DNA of 64,000 nt from an uncultured SAR86 cluster bacterium (GCA_902560275.1 CACELJ010000001.1:74009-138008), one strand, 5' to 3'; counted from the first letter of the stretch, positions 1-10,032 are shown. Numbers and translations are program-made. Notes: generated by a model not told the origin, from the letters alone.

Positions 1-393
1 ATTAGCCCACAAACCACTTTCAATCAAAATGTCTCTTATATTTTCTTTATTCGCTTCAAAACCAGGAAGGTTTTCTATAAATAATATCTCATCATCGTTA
101 TTATTATTTTCAATTACTAACGATTCAAAGGCTCTTCTTTCTCCTCTATTTATCTCTATGACCTCACCTGAGATGGGGGCAACTAAAAATAAACCTGGGA
201 TTTTTTTATCCTCTAATAATTTTTGTCCTTTTTTTACTTGGTCACCAACCTTCACTAACATTGTCGGCTTCAAGTCATGATAGTCCTTTCCTAATACCGC
301 GACCTTCTTAGTGACATGTTTAATAATTTCTGAATCAGTAACTTCTCCGGAAATAGGAATATCTAAACCTTTGGATATGGTGATATTTCTCAT
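1..393 (-). CDS. nqrA: Na+-translocating NADH:quinone oxidoreductase subunit A, N-terminal part (the gene runs off the window start)
   Basis: The minus-strand translation from the ATG at 393..391 reads MRNITISKGLDIPISGEVTDSEIIKHVTKKVAVLGKDYHDLKPTMLVKVGDQVKKGQKLLEDKKIPGLFLVAPISGEVIEINRGERRALESLVIE. This matches the conserved NqrA N-terminus (I-K-KGLD-P-I-G ... G-Y-G-PTM-V-VGD-V-KGQ-LFEDKK-PG ... SG-V-INRG-KR). It is absent from the ORF track because no stop codon lies in the window. The ATG overlaps the upstream stop as TAATG. Confidence 0.75.
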   Translation of the reverse strand, partial: MRNITISKGLDIPISGEVTDSEIIKHVTKKVAVLGKDYHDLKPTMLVKVGDQVKKGQKLLEDKKIPGLFLVAPISGEVIEINRGERRAFESLVIENNNNDDEILFIENLPGFEANKENIRDILIESGLWAN

Positions 394-1880
394 TACAAAA
401 AGTAAGGGAGGCGATTATATTTAATTCCTGCAAGACTTTTAATAACTCTCAGGAGTTGGACGCAGTAACCTAGTTCGTTATCATACCAGGCGTAAATTAC
501 TACTTGTTTGTCGTCGCAAATAGTTGCTTCAGAATCAATAACACAAGCGTACCTACTTCCAACTAAATCAGAAGATACGATTTCTGAAGAATTAGTAAAA
601 TCTATTTGGTCTTTGTATATTGAGTGAAATGCTAATTGTCTGAAATATTCATTAGCTGTTTCCTTGTCGCTCAAAGATTTATTTAAGGAAAGTTTAAGAA
701 TTGCCAATGAAACATTTGGAGTGGGAACTCTTATTGCGTTTGCTGTTAATTTACCTTTTAAATTTGGAAGAATCTGACTTACAGCTGAGGCAGCTCCGGT
801 TTCAGTAATTACCATATTCAAAGCAGCACTTCTTCCTCTTCTGGATTTTGAATGATAATTATCAATTAGGTTTTGATCGTTAGTGTATGAATGAATTGTT
901 TCAACATGTCCGTTTGTGATTCCATAATCATCATCGAGAGCTTTTAAAAGAGGAACTATTGCATTCGTTGTACATGAGGCAGCACCGACAATCTTATCCT
1001 TATCATCTAGGTCATTTTCATTTACACCATAAACAATATTTTTGAGTGGAGATTTGGTAGGAGCAGTTAACAAAACCTTATTTGCTCCTTTAGACTTTAA
1101 ATGAGCAGATAAACCTTTCTCGTCTCTCCAGACTCCTGAATTATCTATGATTACAGCGTTATCTATTCCATACTTTTTATAATCAATGCTAGATGGATCT
1201 CCATCAATAAATTTAATAAGATTTCCGTTAATAACTAATCCATATTCGTCTAAATCTACCCTAATAGTTCCTTTGAAATTTCCATGAACAGAGTCCCTTC
1301 TCATTAATTCGGCTCTTTTAAAGAGGTCGTCATCACTTTTATTTCTGACAACGACAGCTCTAAGCGATAAAGTTTCTCCTGATCCAGTATCCTCAAGTAA
1401 AAGTCTAGTAATTAGTCTCCCAATTCTTCCAAATCCAAAAAGAACTAAGTCTTGAGGTTTCTGAAGAACCGGATTTTTATTACCAATTGCATCAGCAACT
1501 TGTTCTTTAACAAATTCTTCAAGAGATAAAGATTTAGAATCGAACATGTGACCTGCTGCGATAATCCCTACATCAATTTCGCATGGACCCAGGTCAAGAT
1601 CCTTAAGTATGTTTATAACTTCAAAGGTTTCAAATTCACTGAGTTCATTTTTTTCTGTTTCTCTAACCAATCTATGTTCTTGCATAATTTGAGACACAGA
1701 TAGGGTAATTAAAGGATTGCCGTAAAGTAAAATTCTAACGTTTTGTTCCCTATGGAGATTTCCAATCATAGGAATCATCTTCTCTACTAGAGATTGTCTT
1801 TTAATCCAATCGGAAAGATAATCTTCTGGTTTGGATCTATCTCTCTTATCTGGATTTTGATCAGATTTTGTAGATGCCAT
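393..1880 (-). CDS. gap: Glyceraldehyde-3-phosphate dehydrogenase, long form (about 130-aa N-terminal extension)
   Basis: 495-aa ORF. It has an NAD-binding FGFGRIGR motif and the catalytic ASCTTNA motif. The long GAPDH form next to mfd and nqr is a synteny I recall from pseudomonads. Confidence 0.85.
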   Translation of the reverse strand: MASTKSDQNPDKRDRSKPEDYLSDWIKRQSLVEKMIPMIGNLHREQNVRILLYGNPLITLSVSQIMQEHRLVRETEKNELSEFETFEVINILKDLDLGPCEIDVGIIAAGHMFDSKSLSLEEFVKEQVADAIGNKNPVLQKPQDLVLFGFGRIGRLITRLLLEDTGSGETLSLRAVVVRNKSDDDLFKRAELMRRDSVHGNFKGTIRVDLDEYGLVINGNLIKFIDGDPSSIDYKKYGIDNAVIIDNSGVWRDEKGLSAHLKSKGANKVLLTAPTKSPLKNIVYGVNENDLDDKDKIVGAASCTTNAIVPLLKALDDDYGITNGHVETIHSYTNDQNLIDNYHSKSRRGRSAALNMVITETGAASAVSQILPNLKGKLTANAIRVPTPNVSLAILKLSLNKSLSDKETANEYFRQLAFHSIYKDQIDFTNSSEIVSSDLVGSRYACVIDSEATICDDKQVVIYAWYDNELGYCVQLLRVIKSLAGIKYNRLPYFL

Positions 1881-1891
1881 CTATATTGAAT

Positions 1892-3019
1892 CTATAAAGA
1901 TGCGTAGTTGCTTAAATGGTAATCAGAATTTCCGTATAAAGTTCTTATTGTGGTTAATCTTTTAAAATAATGACCAATATGCATCTCATCTGTCACTCCC
2001 ATTCCCCCATGAAGTTGAATTGATTCTTCACCAATGTGTTTTCCAGAAAGTCCAATTTGATATTTTAATGAGGCTAATGCTTTCTTTTTATCCTCAGTAT
2101 TGTCATTCATTTTTGCAGCACACATTACTAACAAAGATTTAGATTGCTCGTAATGCATAAAATTATCAACCATTCGATGCTGAAGGGCCTGAAACTGACT
2201 GAGTTTTTGTTCGAATTGCTCTCTGGTTTTGGTATATTCAAGAGTCATTTCATTCATTTTACCCATGATACCAACTGCCTCAGCACATATACCTAAAGTA
2301 GCAAGATCTATAGCATTATCAATTGTAGAAAAACCTTCATCTATTTCTCCTAGCAATGAGTCCTTAGAAACTGTCACATTCTCAAGAGTCAATTCAGATG
2401 CTTTACCGCCATCAATGGTTGAGTAATTTCTAAGGGAAACTCCTTTAGCATTTGCATCTACCAGAAAAAGAGAAATACCATTTTCATCGCATTGATTGCC
2501 CGAAGTCCTAGCAGAAACGATCAAAGTATCTGAAGCAGATGCATTATGAACCAATGCTTTATAACCATCTAAGATATAGCCATCATCGGATACCAAAGCT
2601 TTGGTCAAACAATCGGATAAATTAAATCGACTTTGAGGTTCTATGTAAGCAAAAGAAATTATTTTTTCACCACTTATCATTGGATGTAAATAATTTGATT
2701 TTTGATCATCGGAACCTAAATCTGCAAGAATTTTTCCTGACAATAGAATTGAAGGAACATATGGCTCTACAATGAGACCTTTACCTAAATTCTCCATGAT
2801 TACCATCACGTCAACTGGACCACCGTTATAACCTCCGTCATCTTCAGAGAATGGCATTCCTAACCAGCCTAAACTTCCAAAAGTTTTCCAATTTTCTTCA
2901 TTGAAACCTTTTTCAGAATCTAAGAATTTTTTTCTGTCGTCAAAAGTATATTCTCTTTCAATAAATTGATTGATACTATCTTGAAGAAGCTGTTGTTCTT
3001 CTGTTAATGAAAAATCCAT
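1892..3019 (-). CDS. Acyl-CoA dehydrogenase family protein (possible non-catalytic partner subunit)
   Basis: 375 aa with the ACAD fold pattern (LGWLGMPFSE..GG; C-terminal QLHGGMGVTDE...). The canonical YEG position reads LYGNS and the IVD-type LER position reads LAT. Confidence 0.8.
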   Translation of the reverse strand: MDFSLTEEQQLLQDSINQFIEREYTFDDRKKFLDSEKGFNEENWKTFGSLGWLGMPFSEDDGGYNGGPVDVMVIMENLGKGLIVEPYVPSILLSGKILADLGSDDQKSNYLHPMISGEKIISFAYIEPQSRFNLSDCLTKALVSDDGYILDGYKALVHNASASDTLIVSARTSGNQCDENGISLFLVDANAKGVSLRNYSTIDGGKASELTLENVTVSKDSLLGEIDEGFSTIDNAIDLATLGICAEAVGIMGKMNEMTLEYTKTREQFEQKLSQFQALQHRMVDNFMHYEQSKSLLVMCAAKMNDNTEDKKKALASLKYQIGLSGKHIGEESIQLHGGMGVTDEMHIGHYFKRLTTIRTLYGNSDYHLSNYASL

Positions 3020-3037
3020 ATCTCTTTCCTGATTTAC

Positions 3038-4231
3038 TTATAAACCTAAAACTGCTTTAGCAATTACATTCCTTTGAATTTCATTACTGCCGCCATATAT
3101 AGATACCTTTCTATAGTTCAGGTAATGAGGCATTACTGGTGCAGCAAAGTCAGGTCCAATTCTTGATTCATTTGAAGCTAAATCTTCTTCGGTCATAAAA
3201 GGATGAGCATAGTAGCCAACTGCTTCAACGAATAAATCAGATAATTCTTGCTGAAGATCGGTTCCTAGAATTTTTAGGATCGATGATTCTGGACCAGGAT
3301 GACCACCAGCTGACATCGCAGCAAGAGTTCTTAATTCGGTGTATTCTGCAGCAGTTAATTTGATTTCTAATCTATCAAGCTTAGACATAAACATTGCATC
3401 ATCTTTTAAAGATCCCTCACCCACTTGGATTTGAGTAGAAATGTCTCTCAACCTGTCTAGTTCTCTTTTCAATGAAGGTATCCCAGCAATACCAGTTCTT
3501 TCATGGGCTAAAAGAAATTTAGCAATGCTCCAGCCAAAGCCTTCTTCACCAACTAAATTGGTAACAGGAACTTCAACATTATCAAAATAAACCATATTTA
3601 CTTCATGAGTTCCATCGATTGTTATGATAGGTTTGACTTCTACTCCAGGAGTTTTCATATCTATAAGCAAGAAACTGATGCCCTCTTGTTTCTTACCACT
3701 ACCATCTGTTCTTACTAAACAAAAAATCCAATCTGCATGTTGGGCTAATGTAGTCCAAGTTTTGGCACCATTGACCACGTAAACGTCACCTTTTTTCTCT
3801 GCTTTTGTTTTAAGTGAAGCTAAATCAGATCCAGATCCAGGCTCTGAATAACCCTGACACCACCATATGTCTCCATTTAAGATTTTTGGAAGATGAAATT
3901 CCTTTTGCTCATCGGAACCAAAAGTATAAATAACAGGTCCACACATGTTCACACCAAAAGGCATCAAAGTAGGTGTGTTAGCAGCAGCTAATTCATTCTG
4001 GAATATATGTTTTTGAGTAATTGTCCATCCAGTACCACCAAGTTCCTCTGGCCAATTAACTGCAAGCCAACCTTTATCGTTTAAGATTTTGTGCCATTTG
4101 ACAGTATCTTCTTTACTCAAAGGAATACCTTGATCTTGCTTCTCTTTAATTTCAGAAGGATAATTCTGCTCAATAAAAGTTCTAACCTCTTGTTGAAATT
4201 CTTGATCTTCTTTAGAAAATGATAAATTCAT
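3038..4231 (-). CDS. Acyl-CoA dehydrogenase
   Basis: The ORF track gives 3038..4279. I prefer the internal ATG (MNLSFSKEDQEFQQEVRTF), a typical ACAD N-terminus. Supporting motifs are WCQGYSEPGSGSDLASL and the C-terminal IYGGSNEIQRNVIAK. Confidence 0.8.
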   Translation of the reverse strand: MNLSFSKEDQEFQQEVRTFIEQNYPSEIKEKQDQGIPLSKEDTVKWHKILNDKGWLAVNWPEELGGTGWTITQKHIFQNELAAANTPTLMPFGVNMCGPVIYTFGSDEQKEFHLPKILNGDIWWCQGYSEPGSGSDLASLKTKAEKKGDVYVVNGAKTWTTLAQHADWIFCLVRTDGSGKKQEGISFLLIDMKTPGVEVKPIITIDGTHEVNMVYFDNVEVPVTNLVGEEGFGWSIAKFLLAHERTGIAGIPSLKRELDRLRDISTQIQVGEGSLKDDAMFMSKLDRLEIKLTAAEYTELRTLAAMSAGGHPGPESSILKILGTDLQQELSDLFVEAVGYYAHPFMTEEDLASNESRIGPDFAAPVMPHYLNYRKVSIYGGSNEIQRNVIAKAVLGL

Positions 4232-4310
4232 TAAAACACCTCTGTAGTTTAGGGCAAAATAGACGACGTCATTATACACAATGTAGTCGGATCTTAATAA
4301 GCAGAAACTA

Positions 4311-7223
4311 ATGAAATTAGATCAAAAAAATATAATAATTTTTGAAAGTAAATACCAATTGGATAGGTATAAAGCATCTGATCCGTCTTTTTTTGAAGAT
4401 TTAGATGTTTTACCAGATCTTGAAATTCTTCCATATGATAATTTTTCCCCTGATCCATCGCTTCTAGGTAAGCGTATAGAAACTCTTAGATCGTTAATAG
4501 AAGAAGAAGTTAGTTTTGCCTGCACTGCATCATCAATTATTCAACCTTTGTTTGATAAGAAGTATATTTTTGAAAAAACATTTGAAATATCAAAAAATCA
4601 ACAAATTGACCCAAATAAACTAACTAAATTTTTAATTAACGCAGGTTACGAAAGAGCAGATCTAGTTGTAAAGAATGGACAATATGCTATCAGAGGATCT
4701 GTAATAGACATCTTCCCAAGTAATTCAAGATTGCCAATAAGAATTGATCTTTTTGATGATGAGGTTATTTCTTTGAAGTATTTCAAAAATGAAGATCAGA
4801 TTACATTTAAAGAAATTGATTCTTATAAGTGTATTGCTGCTAAAGGTTATGAATTAACAGACGAATCGATTGAGATCTTTAAAAAAAATTGGAGGAATAC
4901 CTTTCAATCAGACGGGCCAGTATTCGATAGTATTTTGAAAGGTAAAAATTTAGAAGGATTAGAACATTATTTGCCTTTATTTTTTTATGAAAGAACCTTT
5001 TTTAAAGATTACTTTAAAAATTACAAAATTACCTTCATCAATGAGGCAAAAAAATATCTCTCTGAATATTGGGACCTAATAAACGAAAGATATGAAGACT
5101 TTAAATTAGACTTAGACAGGCCTCCCCTCCCTCCTGAAATTTTATTTAATTCATTGGATGAAATTTCTTCATTAAGTTCTGAGAATTTAATTTTAAATAT
5201 CCAGAAAAATAAAGATGAAATAGATACAAAAGACGATTACTCCTATGAAAGATTCTCGATAACAGAAAATATTGCTTTTGAAATTGATTCTAAAGTAGTT
5301 CATTTAGATCATGGAATTGGAATTTATAGAGGGTTAAAAAAATTAAACAACACGGAATGTTTGATCATTGAATTTGATCAAGGAGATTTAATATATTTGC
5401 CTGTTCACTCAATGAATTTGCTTTCGGCTTACATTGGAATGGACGAAATAAAATTAGACTCAATAAGAAAGAGTAAATGGAATCAAAAAAAACAAAAGAC
5501 ATTTGAAAAAGCATATGATTTTGCTGCTGAATTAATAGAATCAGAAGCTAAAAGATCAAATTATAAAAGATCTCCATTGGAGATAAATAAAGAGGGTTTT
5601 CAAAAATTTATCGAAAATTTTCCATATGAACTTACACCTGATCAGGTTAAATGTTCTCATTCTCTGATAAAAGATTTCAATTCTCCTAAAATGATGGATC
5701 GATTAATTTGCGGTGAAGTTGGTTTCGGTAAGACAGAGATGGCATTAAGAGCTTCTTATATTTCTTACATGAATGGTTTTCAAGTTTGTTTGATGGTCCC
5801 AACTACAATTCTTGCAGAGCAACACTACGAAACTTTTACAAAAAGATTTTCTGAATACGAGGTTGATGTGGTTTTATTAACTAGAAATCTATCCACTCAA
5901 GAAAAAAAAGATGTTTACTTAAAGATCTTAAATCAGCCTAACCTAATTGTGATTGGCACTCATGCATTAATGAACAATAAATTAGATTTTAATAATGTTG
6001 GTCTTTTGATAATTGATGAGGAACATAAATTTGGAGTTAAACAAAAGGAAAAAATTAAATCATTAAAGGCACAAATAGATGTCATGTATTTATCAGCTAC
6101 GCCTATTCCACGAACATTAAATCTAGCCTTAACTGACTTGAAAGATTTTTCTATCATTGCATCTCCCCCTCATGGAAGAAAACCGGTTGAAACAATTGTT
6201 TCAAGAGAATCAAAGTCTTTCATTAAAGAAGCAATACGCCGTGAAACATTAAGAGGTGGGCAAACATTTTATGTATGCAATAGAATCCATAAGTTAGAAG
6301 AAGAAAAATATAAATTAACTCAAATATTTCCTGAAAAAAATATTGATATTGTTCATGGTCAAATGGACCCAATCAAGATAAAGGAAATATTAGATAATTT
6401 TAAAGAAGGAAATATTGATGTCCTTGTCTGCACAACTATTATAGAAAGCGGAATAGATATTCCCAACGCAAATACACTTATAGTGAAAGATGCAGATAAT
6501 TTTGGCTTATCCCAACTTCATCAATTAAGAGGAAGAGTTGGTAGATCTCCGACACAGGCGTATGCATATTTTTTTACTAATGAATTCAAGGATATAAAAG
6601 GTAAAGCAAAAGATAGAATCACAGCTTTGCAATCAACGGATTCCTTTAATGCTGGGCTAGCCTTAGCAATGAGGGATCTTGAAATAAGAGGTGCAGGAGA
6701 AATCTTAGGAGAAAAGCAAAGCGGTTTAGTTCATGATGTTGGTTTAAATCTTTTTAGTGAAATGATAAAAAAAGCTAAACATTTATTGAAAGGTATGCCT
6801 GAGGATAAAATCATAGATACATCAATTAATTTAAACGTTCCAGCTTATATAGAGAACGATTATCTTCCTCAAGCTGAGCTTAGATTAGAAATGTATAAAA
6901 GATTAGCAGAATGTAAAACACTAGATGAATTGGAAATTTTAAAAGATGAAATTGTTGACAGATTCGGTCCATTTTCAAAAACTTTCCAAAACCTCATAGA
7001 ACTAACCAAACTAAAGATTATTTCTATGCCGCTAATGATTAAGAGAATAATAGGAACAAATAAAAGAATTGAATGTACATTTGATTCTGAATCTCCAATC
7101 CTAGCTGATAATAAAACTAGTAACGTATTAGTTTTTAATCCTCAAGAAGATAATTCAATTTTATTTTTACAAGATACATTCTCGACCATAATATCTAACC
7201 TAAAATTAGATGAAGCTAGCTAA
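4311..7223 (+). CDS. mfd: Transcription-repair coupling factor Mfd (short, 970 aa)
   Basis: RNAP-interacting motif VVHLDHGIGIYRGL. Helicase motifs GEVGFGKTE, DEEH and LSATPIPRTL. QLHQLRGRVGRS and the TRG-like region are present. Confidence 0.9.
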   Translation: MKLDQKNIIIFESKYQLDRYKASDPSFFEDLDVLPDLEILPYDNFSPDPSLLGKRIETLRSLIEEEVSFACTASSIIQPLFDKKYIFEKTFEISKNQQIDPNKLTKFLINAGYERADLVVKNGQYAIRGSVIDIFPSNSRLPIRIDLFDDEVISLKYFKNEDQITFKEIDSYKCIAAKGYELTDESIEIFKKNWRNTFQSDGPVFDSILKGKNLEGLEHYLPLFFYERTFFKDYFKNYKITFINEAKKYLSEYWDLINERYEDFKLDLDRPPLPPEILFNSLDEISSLSSENLILNIQKNKDEIDTKDDYSYERFSITENIAFEIDSKVVHLDHGIGIYRGLKKLNNTECLIIEFDQGDLIYLPVHSMNLLSAYIGMDEIKLDSIRKSKWNQKKQKTFEKAYDFAAELIESEAKRSNYKRSPLEINKEGFQKFIENFPYELTPDQVKCSHSLIKDFNSPKMMDRLICGEVGFGKTEMALRASYISYMNGFQVCLMVPTTILAEQHYETFTKRFSEYEVDVVLLTRNLSTQEKKDVYLKILNQPNLIVIGTHALMNNKLDFNNVGLLIIDEEHKFGVKQKEKIKSLKAQIDVMYLSATPIPRTLNLALTDLKDFSIIASPPHGRKPVETIVSRESKSFIKEAIRRETLRGGQTFYVCNRIHKLEEEKYKLTQIFPEKNIDIVHGQMDPIKIKEILDNFKEGNIDVLVCTTIIESGIDIPNANTLIVKDADNFGLSQLHQLRGRVGRSPTQAYAYFFTNEFKDIKGKAKDRITALQSTDSFNAGLALAMRDLEIRGAGEILGEKQSGLVHDVGLNLFSEMIKKAKHLLKGMPEDKIIDTSINLNVPAYIENDYLPQAELRLEMYKRLAECKTLDELEILKDEIVDRFGPFSKTFQNLIELTKLKIISMPLMIKRIIGTNKRIECTFDSESPILADNKTSNVLVFNPQEDNSILFLQDTFSTIISNLKLDEAS

Positions 7224-8046
7224 TTTTTTTATTCTTTTGTTATCTTTTAATCTGATTTCGGTTGAGCGAGATCAATTGGATGTTGATTTTCTTAGCGATG
7301 ATGAGTATAGAATTGACTTAATTTTTATTAAGTATTTAAAAGATGAGGACTTAAAAGAAAACTTTCAGAATCCAGAAGTAAATTTTGAAAGATTTTTTGT
7401 TGCTCTTAATGAATTCCAATATCCAAATTTAGATATCGTCCCTACAAATTTTGAAATTCCTAAAGAAAACCAATCCATTGATATTCCTTTTATTAAGAAA
7501 GAAACAAAAAAAAAGACTATAGAAAAAAATATAATCACTCGAAAAAGAGAGTTTCCTAGAGAAATATTTCAGATAGACAAAAGAGATGATAATTTAATGA
7601 AAGAATTTAAGGATCTCATTAGGAGAAGTAGATACTTTAGATTCATTGGGGAACAATCTTGGTATCAACCTATACCAACAAAAGATAATTCATTTGAAAT
7701 CTTTATTGATTCAAATATTGAAAGAGGTTCAAGGATTTATGGTTTTTTAAGACCTTACAAAGGAAGATATTTGCACACTGATATCGAGATTTTTTTAGCA
7801 GAAAAAATCCAAGAAGATGAAATCTTAAGTATCGAAGAATTAGATAATACTAATCCAAATATAGAAGGTTATTTATTCAATAATACAGGCCTAGAATTAC
7901 AAAAGAAAAGTCTGCCAAATTTACAAGAAGAAGAGCTAATGCCTATTTTCCAATTAAAAGAATCTAGAAGACTTAGATCAGGAGAAATTAATTATTTTGA
8001 TCATCCAAAATTTGGATTACTTCTTTTAATAACTAAGCCGAGTTAG
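7210..8046 (+). CDS. Secreted hypothetical protein, possibly CsiV-family (peptidoglycan-binding, DUF2803-like)
   Basis: N-terminal signal-like segment. The C-terminal RSGEINYFDHPKFGLLLLI resembles the CsiV-family signature as I remember it. A position immediately downstream of mfd is typical for that family. It overlaps the mfd stop by 14 nt. Confidence 0.4.
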   Translation: MKLANFFILLLSFNLISVERDQLDVDFLSDDEYRIDLIFIKYLKDEDLKENFQNPEVNFERFFVALNEFQYPNLDIVPTNFEIPKENQSIDIPFIKKETKKKTIEKNIITRKREFPREIFQIDKRDDNLMKEFKDLIRRSRYFRFIGEQSWYQPIPTKDNSFEIFIDSNIERGSRIYGFLRPYKGRYLHTDIEIFLAEKIQEDEILSIEELDNTNPNIEGYLFNNTGLELQKKSLPNLQEEELMPIFQLKESRRLRSGEINYFDHPKFGLLLLITKPS

Positions 8047-9439
8047 TTTTTTCTAAGTTCTGAAGATGTTCTTTAAGTGCGCTTTTGATCTTTAAATGAT
8101 CTGAGTCATCCGAATCGTATTTTTCTAATTTTTGTATAGCTTGACTTAAATTTAGCCAAGGTCCTTTTGTGAATAATCGTTCGTTAATAAATTGAGAAAA
8201 ATCTTCATTTTCATCGTCAGATAATAAATCGGGTTTCTCTAAAGCTATAATTCTAGATGCTAATTCTCTGTATCTGCTGTCTTCAAATCCTTCCTTTAAT
8301 TTTGTTTTATCTTGCCAAGTTGAAATATGAAATTTTTCCATCCAAAGCCTATCTGAATCACTAGGAAATCTTTCATATATTGCTTGATCTACATATTTTG
8401 GAGGCGGATAAATTTTTTGTTTTTTTATTAAAAGTTCGGAGAGTCTTTCTGAAAACTCGAAATTTTCTTTTAATAAGTTTGCCCTTCTCGTTAATTCTTT
8501 GATTGATAAATCAAGATATGATGAAGGTTTAGAGATACTGCTTATCGGAGTTACTGGCATGCTTTTATTTATTGAAACTAATTTGAAAGCTCCGCCTTGA
8601 GTTCCTAATTGTTCTAAAAGTTCATGATCCTTAAGTTTAAATAATTCTTCTGGATTGAAATATAAATCACAAACAATTATTTGATTTTGATTCGAATTAT
8701 TTTGTCCGCATGGGTAGATAGGATAAACGTATTTATTTCTGCGTAACACCTCACCTAATAGGCAAAATTTTTCAGATCTTAATATATCTAAGTTTCCTTT
8801 CTTAGATGAACCTTGAATGAAAATTTTCCATGCTTCGGGAGCCTTGTCCTTAATAATTTTTCCAAGTTCAACCATCAAGATACAGTCCTCTAAAGCATCA
8901 TGTGCTCCTTCAGCAGAAATACCATTTGCTTCTGCTAAATCACTCAGTTTGAGGCTTAAATCACCATTTTCATTTTTACCTGTTTTAATTTCATCAGAAT
9001 AAAAGTTTGCTAATAACTGAAACAATACATACATATCTGCTCTACCATTATTATTTGTATTAGTTATATATGGATCCAATAAATACCAATAGAATTGTCG
9101 TCTAAGCAATTCCTCATCAAACTTGTGACCGTTATAGGTTATGTGAACCAAATTCGAAGAATCTGACCATTGCATCCAAGTTGAGTGGATCTCTTTTATC
9201 AGATCGTAATGAGTCTTGTTGCAATTTGAATTAAGAGTAGAAATCTTTTTATGAGTGAAATAAGCTCCCGGATCTGGAACTATCCATGGCAAAATTTGAC
9301 ATTCATCATCAATAGTATCAATTTGATCAAAATTTTCAGACGTTAAAATTGACCCAATTTGGATAATTTGAGAAAAATTGATGTTTAAACCCGTTGTCTC
9401 AGTGTCATTGAAAACATATGAGACATTCTTTTCAGGCAT
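8033..9439 (-). CDS. sbcB: Exodeoxyribonuclease I
   Basis: 468 aa. DEDDh exonuclease motifs are FNDTETTGL, YNGHKFDEELL and AHDALEDC. Size and C-terminal architecture match SbcB. Confidence 0.8.
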   Translation of the reverse strand: MPEKNVSYVFNDTETTGLNINFSQIIQIGSILTSENFDQIDTIDDECQILPWIVPDPGAYFTHKKISTLNSNCNKTHYDLIKEIHSTWMQWSDSSNLVHITYNGHKFDEELLRRQFYWYLLDPYITNTNNNGRADMYVLFQLLANFYSDEIKTGKNENGDLSLKLSDLAEANGISAEGAHDALEDCILMVELGKIIKDKAPEAWKIFIQGSSKKGNLDILRSEKFCLLGEVLRRNKYVYPIYPCGQNNSNQNQIIVCDLYFNPEELFKLKDHELLEQLGTQGGAFKLVSINKSMPVTPISSISKPSSYLDLSIKELTRRANLLKENFEFSERLSELLIKKQKIYPPPKYVDQAIYERFPSDSDRLWMEKFHISTWQDKTKLKEGFEDSRYRELASRIIALEKPDLLSDDENEDFSQFINERLFTKGPWLNLSQAIQKLEKYDSDDSDHLKIKSALKEHLQNLEKTNSA

Positions 9440-9441
9440 GA

Positions 9442-10032
9442 TTATTTAAAATAAGCGTTTTCTGTATGTGAATGATCAGTTGAATCTATGATTCCGGTAA
9501 TTTCAGGTACATTTTCTATAAGAGTTTTTTCAACGCCATCTTTTAACGTGACGTCAATCATGCTGCAACCCTGACAACCGCCACCGAATTGAAGAACCGC
9601 TTTATTGTCATCAAGAACTTCAACCAGACTAACCTCTCCTCCGTGCGATGCTAATGCAGGATTAATTTCACTATGTAAATAAAAATTAATCTTGTCTTCA
9701 ATGGAGCTTTCATCCGATAAAAATGGAGTTTTTGATTTCGGTGCTCTAATTGTCAGTTGACCTCCAAATTTATCTGGATGGAAATCAACTTTAGCATCCT
9801 CTAGGTATGGAAGACTTTTCTCGTCTAGAAAAACATTAAATGATTTATAGGTTTGAGAAAAATCAGTTGGGTCTTGTTCGCCTGGTTTGCAATAAACTAT
9901 GCAAGTTTCTGCCCTATTTGAACCAGGATCGGAAACAAAGATTCTTATGTTCGTGTCTTTTTCTTCAGAATCTTTTAAAAGATTACCTAAATATTCTTCT
10001 GCGCCCTCTGTGATTTCAACAATATTTGACAT
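9442..10032 (-). CDS. nfuA: Fe-S cluster biogenesis protein NfuA
   Basis: 196 aa. It has an N-terminal degenerate A-type domain and a C-terminal Nfu domain with the GGCQGC motif. Confidence 0.85.
   Translation of the reverse strand: MSNIVEITEGAEEYLGNLLKDSEEKDTNIRIFVSDPGSNRAETCIVYCKPGEQDPTDFSQTYKSFNVFLDEKSLPYLEDAKVDFHPDKFGGQLTIRAPKSKTPFLSDESSIEDKINFYLHSEINPALASHGGEVSLVEVLDDNKAVLQFGGGCQGCSMIDVTLKDGVEKTLIENVPEITGIIDSTDHSHTENAYFK

Noticed and set aside
29-280. 83-aa plus-strand ORF from the track at the window start
   Set aside because: It lies antisense to a much better supported minus-strand reading frame whose translation matches the NqrA N-terminus. The plus-strand product is low-complexity (Ser/Phe/Leu-rich) with no recognisable motif.
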